Shown here: one piece after another, positions 50,157 through 61,600 of the stretch | Numbering within the stretch: the stretch's first letter is position 1 | Layout: the number at the start of each line of letters is the position of its first letter | Assembly: GCA_051530055.1 (NCBI GenBank) | Contig: CM121342.1 | Coordinates: 13,841,480 to 13,905,479, forward strand | From: Neoechinorhynchus agilis | Taxonomy: Eukaryota; Animalia; Acanthocephala | DNA length: 64,000 nt | Reading direction: 5' to 3' | Translations under genes and position numbers: made by a program | Notes under the pieces: generated by a model | The model's input: the letters and a program-made list of their open reading frames with translations, nothing else | What the model was told of the DNA's origin: nothing | Database searches by the model: none

Positions 50157-51770
50157 TTAATTATTGGACTGAAAATATGTGCACAGAATGCATTTTTGAG
50201 ACCGAACAAAATATTCGTGAATTTTCGCCATGGTAAAAAAAATCGATCCATCTCCACCAACACGATCTATCGCAACATCAAGGTAACTGAATTTACCGTC
50301 AGTCTCGACATCCGTCGACCATTGAATGTGTGTATATTTAGTGTTGAGGTAGTTCTGCACGTGCATGGAGGCATAGGCAGAACGTTCAAGGAGAATAAAT
50401 GTGTCGTCCACATATCGAACCCATAATGAGATTCCAGGAATTGTGGGTAGGTATTTCTCTTCCCACTGCCGCATGTATAACTCCGCAAGCACCGGTGCAA
50501 GAGGGCTGCCCATCGCTACACCATTCACCTGATCAAAATCCCTTCCCTCAAATTGCAAGTTCAAAAATTTGGTGCAGAAACTCAAGAGTTTCCTCCAATC
50601 AGTGATCGAAAGTTTCCAATTATCATAGGTCCGTAGGATATGTATAGCCAGTTCGATAGCGGTATCTACTGGGATATTTGTGAATAACGAAATCACATCA
50701 GCCGATACCATGATAGAACGCGAGTCCTACGACGTCTTAAGTCGGCCAATGAAGTCCTTTCCAGAGCATACTACATTTGCACTCCGTTCCATTCTCTGAC
50801 GAAGCATCAGAGCCAGTTTCCTAGACAAATTTGTGCAAAATGATGTATGAGCCGCAACTATTGGTCTGAACTTAATCGGACATTTGTGTACCTTGGCCAA
50901 CAGGTACATTATCGGTGTCCTAGAGTTCACGGACCTAACTGCCCAGTAGTCAGTACTCTCAATTTTATTTTGCTTCATCAGCCTCAGTAGGAATGCATTG
51001 AATTCCTTGTCCCGTTTTTGAGTAGGACAAACCTTAAGACGCTTGAACTAACTTCCCATTAATATCTTGAAACCAGCCTCTTTTCCAATTCCCTTTTTAG
51101 ATAATTGACTGAAGAAGTCCAGCGTGATTGGACGAAATATTTCAATAAAAGTCATCTTGGATATCTAAATTTTTCCCCACGTTCACATACTCATGGATTT
51201 TATCTTTAACTATACTAAGCAGATTTATGGGGACTCTGCTTTCAAGTGTATTAGGAATTTGGAGAATGTTGCGTTGATGAGAATTCGCTCAATTATGGCT
51301 TGTGATTTTCTACAATCCTGTAGGAACTACAGTATGTTCCCCATCTTCATTCGTATGGACTCAACAACCTTTGGTTTTTAGGGCTCGCTACTTCAGACAA
51401 TAAATTTAAGTTTTCCGCCACAAGAAGAACATGAACAATTCTGAGGTTCAAACAAGTAATAAACAACGTCACGGATTCGTCTGCGTCTCACACAAACCCA
51501 ATCTTTATCTTTTAATTACAATTCGCCCTCTGAGAAGCTGTGCATCTTCCGTCGTCATCGGGCGTCGGCTAGGAGCCAAAAACCTACTGTTTCGCAAGTT
51601 TGTCACTTCAGCGTGCCGATTAAGCGTATAAAAACAGTTTAGGCCATGCGTGTTTTCAACAACTAAAACTTCTTACATCTACACGTCTTGTCGTAGAGTG
51701 TTCGCGTGTGCTTTTGCGAACCTAACTTCAAAAATTATTCTACAAACAGTTTCCCACTTGACCGGAATCG
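50157..51770 (-). mobile_element. Decayed Penelope-like element (RT, inverted N-terminal fragment, upstream endonuclease/pLTR-like segment)
   Basis: RT motifs YLLAKVHK..KFRPIV, VSADVISLFTNIP, QVNGVAMGSPLAPVLAELYM, WVRYVDDTF and FSYLDV are typical of PLEs. The PLE N-terminus-like YGDSAFKCIRNLE...CDFLQSCR..MFP lies on the + strand at 51193-51381. GIY-YIG-like GQVGNCL / REHSTTRRVDVRS..KHAW lies on the - strand at ~51640-51770. Confidence 0.88.
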
Positions 51771-52061
51771 TAATGCACTCCAAAATCAATAACCACATCT
51801 ATTTAACAAATATGAACTCGAATGTTCATGAGGACCAAACTCGTTTGGTTCCTCTTCTTTTTTCATTAATAAATAAACGTGATCAATCGATATTGTCGGT
51901 TATTAATTTTGAAAGGAAATCATGCTTGCGTATCCGATGTAAAAGTTGAATTGAAAATGGAGGAGTTTGTGAATTTTCCTGATAAGGAGAATCAGGACAA
52001 TTAAATTACTTAAGTCTTTAAAGCCTTTAATTTATTACCAAAGTTATTATAAAATACTTGA

Positions 52062-52114
52062 CCCGAGCTAGCTCAGTTGGCAGAGCGGAGGACTGTAGAT
52101 CCTTACTCTCGGGA
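52062..52114 (+). tRNA. tRNA-Tyr(GTA)-derived sequence lacking the variable loop and T-arm, intron-less (probable pseudogene)
   Basis: CCCGAGC-TA-GCTC-AGTTGGCA-GAGC-G-GAGGA-CTGTAGA-TCCTT-AC-TCTCGGG-A. The D-arm and anticodon arm are essentially the eukaryotic tRNA-Tyr consensus, the acceptor stem pairs 6/7, and only 2 nt replace the V/T region. Confidence 0.8.
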
Positions 52115-52339
52115 ACGAGATTACACGTCGCGCAGAAACGAAAACATCGGCATGCAAAGCAAACAACAGCCGAACATACACCCGGTTTCAATCTATTCGA
52201 TTCATTTCCGAGATAATTCGCGAGGTGGCTTCACCTCATCAGTCACCTAAAAATATATTTTTCAACGTTCCAACTACGAGCTTTCCTGTCATAGTCCACT
52301 ATTGAATACCTTTAAAATGCTGGTTTTGATTGGAGCTGC

Positions 52340-52690
52340 AATTGATGGAAATGTGTAGTGATTGTTTTATAAGTGTCGCGATTATTATAATGATCGCTAG
52401 TTGGGAATTCGTATACCAGCTAACACTCAAAAAACGTTTTAAAAGGTTTACAAGAGCCGTACGGAAGGAACGACGTACTCTCCTCTAAAAAAACATTCTG
52501 TTAAACGATTAAGCAGGCTTCGGCAATCTCCAATCATCAAGAGACCTGTAAGCATCCTGCTGATTTCGGCGGCACCAACTTGATAGAAATAGAACAAAAG
52601 CTAAAAAGGTGGCTTGTTATGGAGGAATTACATATCGCAGTCGGAAATAAAGTTAATTTGAGCCTGAAATGCCCAGCAGGCGAAGTGTTT
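52340..52690 (+). mobile_element. PLE GIY-YIG endonuclease remnant abutting the satellite array
   Basis: 52508-52650 reads IKQASAISNHQETCKHPADFGGTNLIEIEQKLKRWLVMEELHIAVGNKVN, matching the PLE EN C-terminus (SAIxxH...HxxDFxxxxILxxE...KRxIxExLHI...N). It is preceded by KHSVKR in the adjacent frame and a FYKCRD segment near 52365. Confidence 0.72.
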
Positions 52691-55600
52691 TATTCTTAAA
52701 GTTTTATAATTTGTTAACAATACGCGGAAATGATCAAATAAAAAATACCGGAAATCAGTCAGACGCAAACTGCGAGAAGTTTCCTTTCCTGAACATCTTC
52801 AGTGGGCAAAAATCGAACAACTTTCTAAAGGGCACCTAAAGCGTAAATAACTAACAAACAGTAAGTAGCGGTTCTAAACCGATGCCCGATGAAGATATTG
52901 GCTCATTGAGTCTCCGAGGGAACTAGAAATTAAAGAAAAATTTAATAACGGAGTTAAATCTAAGCTTTTGCATAATCCGATGTGACACTTTCTCTTAATT
53001 ATTCTTAGAGTTTTATAATTTGTAAATAATACGCGGAAAAGATCAAAGAACAAATACCTTAAATCAGTTATACGAAAAGTGCAAGAAGTTTCCTTTGCTG
53101 AACATCTTCAGTGGGCAAAAATCGAACAACTTTCTAAAGGGCACCTGAAGCGTTCATTACTAACAAACAGTAAGTAGCGGTTCTAAACCGATGCCCGATG
53201 AAGATATCGACTCATTGAGTCTCCGAGGGAACTAGAAATTAAAGAAAAATTTAATAATGGAGTTGAATCTAAGCTTTTGCATAATCCGATGTGACACTTT
53301 CTCCTAATTATTCCTAAAGTTTTATAATTTGTTAATAATACGCGGAAATGATCAAATAAAAAATACCGGAAATGAGTCAGACGCAAACTGCAAGAAGTTT
53401 CCTTTGCTGAACATCTTTAGTGGGCAAAAATCGAACAACTTTCTAAAGGGCACCTAAAGCGTTCATTAATAACAAACAGTAAGTAGCGGTTCTAAACCGA
53501 TGCCCGATGAAGATATTGGCTCATTGAGTCTCCGAGGGAACTAGAAATTAAGGAAAAATTTAATTCTGGAGTTAAATCTAAGCTTTTGCATAATCCGATG
53601 TGACATTTTCTCTTAATTATTCTTAAAGTTTTATAATTTGTTAACAATAAGCGGAAATGATCAAATAAAAAATACCGGAAATCAGTCAGACGCAAACTGC
53701 AAGAAGTTTCCTTTGCTGAACATCTTTAGTGGGCAAAAATCGAACAACTTTCTAAAGGGCACCTAAAGCGTTCATTAATAACAAGCAGTAAGTAGCGGTT
53801 TTAAACCGATGCCCGGTGAAGATATTGGCTCATAGAGTCTCCGAGGGAACTAGAAATTAAAGAAAAATTTCATACTGGAGTTAAATCTAAGCTTTTGCAT
53901 AATCCGATGTGACACTTTCTCTTAATTATTCTTAGAGTTTTATAATTTTTAATAATACGCGGAAAAGATCAAAGAACAAATACCTTAAATCAGTTAGACG
54001 CAAACTGCAAGAAGTTTCCTTTGCTGAACATCTTTAGTGGGCAAAAATCGAACAACTTTCTAAAGGGCACCTAAAGCGTTCATTACTAACAAACAGTAAG
54101 TAGCGGTTCTAAACCGATGCCCGATGAAGATATTGGCTCATTGAGTCTCCGAGGGAACTAGAAATTAAAGAAAAATTTCATACTGGAGTTAAATCTAAGC
54201 TTTTGCATAATCCGATGTGACACTTTCTCTTAATTATTCTTAGAGTTTTATAATTTGTAAATAATACGCGGAAAAGATCAAAGAACAAATACCTTAAATC
54301 AGTTATACGCAAACTGCAAGAAGTTTCCTTTGCTGAACATCTTCAGTGGGCAAAAATCGAACAACTTTCTAAAGGGCACCTAAAGCGTTCATTACTAACA
54401 AACAGTAAGTAGCGGTTCTAAACCGATGCCCGATGAAGATATTGGCTCATTGAGTCTCCGAGGGAACTAGAAATTAAAGAAAAATTTAATAATGGAGTTA
54501 AATCTAAGCTTTTGCATAATCCGATGTGACACTTTCTCTTAATTATTCTTAAAGTTTTATAATTCGTTAACAATACGCGGAAATGATCAAATAAAAAATT
54601 CCGGAAATGAGACAGACGCAAACTGCAAGAAGTTTCCTTTGCTGAACATCTTTAGTGGGCAAAAATCGAAAAACTTTCTAAAGGGCACCTAAAGCGTTCA
54701 TTACTAACAAACAGTAAGTAGCGGTTCTAAACCGATGCCCGATGTAGATATTGGCTCATTGAGTCTCCGAGGGAACTAGAAATTAAAGAAAAATTTCATA
54801 CTGGAGTTAAATCTAAGCTTTTGCATAATCCGATGTGACACTTTCTCTCAATTATTCTTAGAGTTTTATAATTTGTAAATAATACGCGGAAAAGATCAAA
54901 GAACAAATACCTTAAATCAGTTAGACGCAAACTGCAAGAAGTTTCCTTTGCTGAACATCTTTGGTGGGCAAAAATCGAACAACTTTCTAAAGGGCACCTA
55001 AAGCTTAAATAACTAACAAACAGTAAGTAGCGGTTCTAAACCGATGCCCGATGAAGATATTGGTCATCGAGTCTCCGAGGGAACTAGAAATTAAAGAAAA
55101 ATTTCATACTGGAGTTAAATCTAAGCTTTTGCATAATCCGATGTGACACTTTCTCTTAATTATTCTCAGAGTTTTATAATTTGTAAATAATACGCGGAAA
55201 AGATCAAAGAACAAATACCTTAAATCAGTTAGACGCAAACTGCAAGAAGTTTCCTTTGCTGAACATCTTTAGTGGGCAAAAATCGAAAAACTTCTAAAGG
55301 GCACCTAAAGCGTTCATTACTAACAAACAGTAAGTAGCGGTTCTAAACCGATGCCCGATGTAGATATTGGCTAATTGAGTCTCCGAGGGAACTAGAAATT
55401 AAAGAAAAATTTAATTGGATTTAAATCTAAGCTTTTGCATAATCCGATGTGACATTTTCTCTTAATTATTCTTAAAGTTTTATAATTTGTTAACAATACG
55501 CGGAAATGATCAAAGAAAAAATACCGGAAATCAGTCATACGCAAACTGCAAGAAGTTTCCTTTCCTGAACATCTTTAGTGGGCAAAAATCGAACAACTTT

Positions 55601-58600
55601 CTAAACGGCACCTTAAGCGTTCATTACTAACAAACAGTAAGTAGCGGTTCTAAACCGATGCCCGATGAAGATATTGGCTCATTGAGTCTCCGAGGGAACT
55701 AGAAATTAAAGAAAAATTTAATACTGGATTTAAATCTAAGCTTTTGCATAATCCGATGTGACACTTTCTCTTATTCCTGAACATCTTTAGTGGGCAAAAA
55801 TCGAAAAACTTTCTAAAGGGCACCTAAAGCGTTCATTACTAACAAACAGTAAGTAGCGGTTCTAAACCGATGCCCGATGTAGATATTGGCTAATTGTGTC
55901 TCCGAGGGAACTAGAAATTAAAGAAAAATTTAATTCTGGATTTAAATCTAAGCTTTTGCATAATCCGATGTGACATTTTCTCTTAATTATTCTTAAAGTT
56001 TTATAATTTGTTAACAATACGAGGAAATGATCAAAGAAAAGATACCGGAAATCAGTCAGAAAAAAATGCAAGAAGTTTCCTTTCCTGAACATCTTTAGTG
56101 GGCAAAAATCGAACAACTTTCTAAACGGCACCTAAAGCGTTCATTAATAACAAGCAGTAAGTAGCGGTTCTAAACCGATGCCCGATGAAGATATTGGCTC
56201 ATTGAGTCTCCGAGGGAACTAGAAATTAAAGAAAAATTTCATACTGGACTTAAATCTAAGCCTTTGCATAATCCGATGTGACACTTTCTCTTAATTATTC
56301 ATAAAGTTTTATAATTTGTTAACAATACGCGGAAAAGATCAAATAAAAAATACCGGAAATCAGTTATACGCAAACTGCAAGAAGTTTCCTTTGCTGAACA
56401 TCTTCAGTGGACAAAAATCGAACAACTTTCTAAAGGGCACCTAAAGCGTTCATTAATAACAAGCAGTAAGTAGCGGTTCTAAACCGATGCCCGATGAAGA
56501 TATTGGCTCATTGAGTCGCCGAGGGAACTAGAAATTAAAAAAAATTTCATACTGGAGTTAAATCTAAAGCTTTTGCATAATCCGATGTGACACTTTCTCT
56601 TAATTATTCTTAGAGTTTTATAATTTGTAAATAATACGCGGAAAAGATCAAAGAACAAATACCTTAAATCAGTTAGACGCAAACTGCAAGAAGTTTCCTT
56701 TGCTGAACATCTTTAGTGGGCAAAAATCGAAAAACTTTCTAAAGGGCACCTAAAGCGTTCATTACTAACAAACAGTAAGTAGCGGTTCTAAACCGATGCC
56801 CGATGTAGATATTGGCTAATTGAGTCTCCGAGGGAACTAGAAATTAAAGAAAAATTTAATTCTGGATTTAAATCTAAGCTTTTGCATAATCCGATGTGAC
56901 ATTTTCTCTTAATTATTCTTAAAGTTTTATAATTTGTTAACAATACGAGGAAATGATAAAAGAAAAGATACCGGAAATCAGTCAGAAAAAAATGCAAGAA
57001 GTTTCCTTTCCTGAACATCTTTAGTGGGCAAAAATCGAACAACTTTCTAAACGGCACCTAAAGCGTTCATTATTAACAAGCAGTAAGTAGCGGTTCTAAA
57101 CCGATGCCCGATGAAGATATTGGCTCATTGAGTCTCCGAGGGAACTAGAAATTAAATAAAAATTTAATAATGGAGTTAAATCTAAGCATTTGCATAATCC
57201 GATGTGACACTTTCACTTAATTATTCCTAAAGTTTTATAATATGTTAACAAAACGCGGAAAAGATCAAAATAAAAAATACCGGAAATGAGTCAGGCGAAA
57301 ACTGCAAGAAGTTTCCTTTGCTGAACATCTTTAGTGGCAAAAATCGAACAACTTTCTAAAGGGCACCCATAGCGTTCATTAATAACGAGCAGTAAGTAGC
57401 GGTTCTAAACCGATGCCCGATGAAGATATCGACTCATTGAGTCTCCGAGGGAACTAGAAATTAAAGAAAAATTTCATACTGGATTTAAATCTAAGCTTTT
57501 GCATAATCCGATTTGACACTATCTCTTAATTATTCTTAAAGTTTTATAATTTGTTAACAATACGCGGAAATGATCAAATAAAAAATTCCGGAAATGAGTC
57601 AGACGCAAACCGCAAGAAGTTTCCTTTCCTGAACATCTTTAGTGGGCAAAAATCGAAAAACTTTCTAAAGGGCACCTAAAGCGTTCATTACTAACAAACA
57701 GTAAGTAGCGGTTCTAAACCGATGCCCGATGTAGATATTGGCTAATTGTGTCTCCGAGGGAACTAGAAATTAAAGAAAAATTTAATTCTGGATTTAAATC
57801 TAAGCTTTTGCATAATCCGATGTGACATTTTCTCTTAATTATTCTTAAAGTTTTATAATTTGTTAACAATACGAGGAAATGATCAAAGAAAAGATACCGG
57901 AAATCAGTCAGAAAATGCAAGAAGTTTCCTTTCCTGAACATCTTTAGTGGGCAAAAATCGAACAACTTTCTAAACGGCACCTAAAGCGTTCATTAATAAC
58001 AAGCAGTAAGTAGCGGTTCTAAACCGATGCCCGATGAAGATATTGGCTCATTGAGTCTCCGAGGGAACTAGAAATTAAAGAAAAATTTCATACTGGACTT
58101 AAATCTAAGCCTTTGCATAATCCGATGTGACACTTTCTCTTAATTATTCATAAAGTTTTATAATTTGTTAACAATACGCGGAAAAGATCAAATAAAAAAT
58201 ACCGGAAATCAGTTATACGCAAACTGCAAGAAGTTTCCTTTGCTGAACATCTTCAGTGGGCAAAAATCGAACAACTTTCTAAAGGGCACCTAAAGCGTTC
58301 ATTACTAACAAACAGTAAGTAGCGGTTCTAAACCGATGCCAGATGAAGATATCGACTCATTGAGTCTCCGAGGGAACTAGAAATTAAAGAAAAATTTCAT
58401 ACTGGATTTAAATCTAAGCTTTTGCATAATCCGATTTGACACTTTCTCTTAATTATTCCTAAAGTTTTATAATTTGTTAATAATACGCGGAAATGATCAA
58501 ATAAAAAATTCCGGAAATGAGTCAGACGCAAACCGCAAGAAGTTTCCTTTCCTGAACATCTTTAGTGGGCAAAAATCGAACAACTTTCTAAAGGGCACCT

Positions 58601-61600
58601 TAAGCGTTCATTACTAACAAACCGTAAGTAGCGGTTCTAAACCGATGCCCGATGAAGATATTGGCTCATTGAGTCGCCGAGGGAACTAGAAATTAAAGAA
58701 AAATTTCATACTGGAGTTAAATCTAAGCTTTTGCATAATCCGATGTGACACTTTCTCTTAATTATTCTTAGAGTTTTATAATTTGTAAATAATACGCGGA
58801 AAAGATCAAAGAACAAATACCTTAAATCAGTTAGACGCAAACTGCAAGAAGTTTCCTTTGCTGAACATCTTTAGTGGGCAAAAATCGAAAAACTTTCTAA
58901 AGGGCACCTAAAGCGTTCATTACTAACAAACCGTAAGTAGCGATTCTAAACCGATGCCCGATGTAGGTATTGGCTCATTGAGTCTCCGATGGAACTAGAA
59001 ATTAAAGAAAAATTTCATACTGGAGTTAAATCTAAGCTTTTGCATAATCCGATTTGACACTTTCTCTTAATTATTCTTAAAGTTTTATAATTTGTTAACA
59101 ATACGCGGAAATGATCAAAACAAAAATTCCGGAAATGAGTCAGACGCAAACCGCAAGAAGTTTCCTTTGCTGAACATCTTCAGTGGGCAAAAATCGAACA
59201 ACTTTCTAAAGGGCACCTAAAGCGTTCATTACTAACAAACAGTAAGTAGCGGTTCTAAACCGATGCCCGATGAAGATATCGACTCATTGAGTCTCCGAGG
59301 GAACTAGAAATTAAAGAAAAATTTCATAATGGAGTTAAATCTAAGCTTTTGCATAATCCGATGTGACACTTTCTCTTAATTATTCTTAAAGTTTTATAAT
59401 TTGTTAATAATACGCGGAAATGATCAAATAAAAAATTCCGGAAATGAGTCAGACGCAAACCGCAAGAAGTTTCCTTTCCTGAACATCTTTAGTGGGCAAA
59501 AATCGAAAACTTTCTAAAGGGCACCTAAAGCGTTCATTACTAACAAACAGTAAGTAGCGGTTCTAAACCGATGCCCGATGTAGATATTGGCTAATTGAGT
59601 CTCCGAGGGAACTAGAAATTAAAGAAAAATTTAATTCTGGATTTAAATCTAAGCTTTTGCATAATCCGATGTGACATTTTCTCTTAATTATTCTTAAAGT
59701 TTTATAATTTGTTAACAATACGAGGAAATGATCAAAGAAAAGATACCGGAAATCAGTCAGAAAAAAAATGCAAGAAGTTTCCTTTGCTGAACATCTTCAG
59801 TGGGCAAAAATCGAACAACTTTCTAAAGGGCACCTAAAGCGTTCATTACTAACAAACAGTAAGTAGCGGTTCTAAACCGATGCCAGATGAAGATATCGAC
59901 TCATTGAGTCTCCGAGGGAACTAGAAATTAAAGAAAAATTTCATACTGGATTTAAATCTAAGCTTTTGCATAATCCGATTTGACACTTTCTCTTAATTAT
60001 TCCTAAAGTTTTATAATTTGTTAATAATACGCGGAAATGATCAAATAAAAAATTCCGGAAATGAGTCAGACGCAAACCGCTAGAAGTTTCCTTTCCTGAA
60101 CATCTTTGGTGGGCAAAAATCGAACAACTTTCTAAAGGGCACCTTAAGCGTTCATTACTAACAAACCGTAAGTAGCGGTTCTAAACCGATGCCCGATGAA
60201 GATATTGGCTCATTGAGTCGCCGAGGGAACTAGAAATTAAAGAAAAAATTAATAATGGAGTTAAATCTAAGCTTTTGCATAATCCGATGTGACACTTTCT
60301 CTTAATTATTCCTAAAGTTTTATAATTTGTTAACAATACGCGGAAAAGATCAAATAAAAAATACCGGAAATCAGTCAGACGCAAACTGCAAGAAGTTTCC
60401 TTTGCTGAACATCTTAAGTGGGCAAAAATCGAACAACTTTCTAAAGGGCACCTAAAGCGTTCATTACTAACAAACAGTAAGTAGCGGTTCTAAACCGATG
60501 CCCGATGAAGATATTGGCTCATTGAGTCTCCGAGGGAACTAGAAATTAAAGAAAAATTTAATAATGGAGTTAAATCCAAGCTTTTGCATAATCCGATGTG
60601 ACACTTTCTCTTAATTACTCCTAAAGTTTTATAATTTGTTAACAATACGCGGAAAAGATCAAATAAAAAATACCGGAAATCAGTCAGACGCAAACTGCAA
60701 GAAGTTTATTTTCCTGAACATCTTAAGTGGGCAAAAATCGAACAACTTTCTAAAGGGCACCTAAAGCGTTCATTACTAACAAACAGTAAGTAGCGGTTCT
60801 AAACCGATGCCCGATGAAGATATTGGCTCATTGAGTCTCCGAGGGAACTAGAAATTAAAGAAAAATTTAATAATGGAGTTAAATCTAAGCTTTTGCATAA
60901 TCCGATGTGACACTTTCTCTTAATTATTCTTAAAGTTTTATAATTTGTTAACAATACGCGGAAAAGATCAAATAAAAAATACCGGAAATCAGTCAGACGC
61001 AAACTGCAAGAAGTTTATTTTCCTGAACATCTTAAGTGGGCAAAAATCGAACAACTTTCTAAAGGGCACCTAAAGCGTTCATTACTAACAAACAGTAAGT
61101 AGCGGTTCTAAACCGATGCCCGATGAAGATATTGGCTCATTGAGTCTCCGAGGGAACTAGAAATTAAAGAAAAATTTCATACTGGAGTTAAATCTAAGCT
61201 TTTGCATAATCCGATGTGACACTTTCTCTTAATTATTCTTAAAGTTTTATAATTTGTTAACAATACGCGGAAATGATCAAATAAAAAATACCGGAAATCA
61301 GTCAGACGCAAACTGCAAGAAGTTTCCTTTCCTGAACATCTTTAGTGTGCAAAAATCGAACAACTTTCTAAAGGGCACCTTAAGCGTTCATTAATAACAA
61401 ACAGTAAGTAGCGGTTCTAAACCGATGCCCGATGAAGATATTGGCTCATTGAGTCTCCGAGGGAACTAGAAATTAAAGAAAAATTTAATAATGGAGTTAA
61501 ATCTAAGCTTTTGCATAATCCGATGTGACACTTTCTCTTAATTATTCTTAAAGTTTTATAATTTGTTAACAATACGCGGAAATGATCAAAGAAAAAATAC

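Noticed and set aside
52222-52247. Minus-strand CTGATGA followed by a GGTG-AAGC-CACC hairpin
   Set aside because: It is not followed by GAAA, so the ribozyme core is incomplete.
53140-53175. Hammerhead-like reading of CTGAAG...AAACAGTA in the satellite and at 51575-51612
   Set aside because: There is no CUGANGA match, no stable stem II and usually no GAAA. The segment falls inside what appears to be endonuclease-coding sequence.
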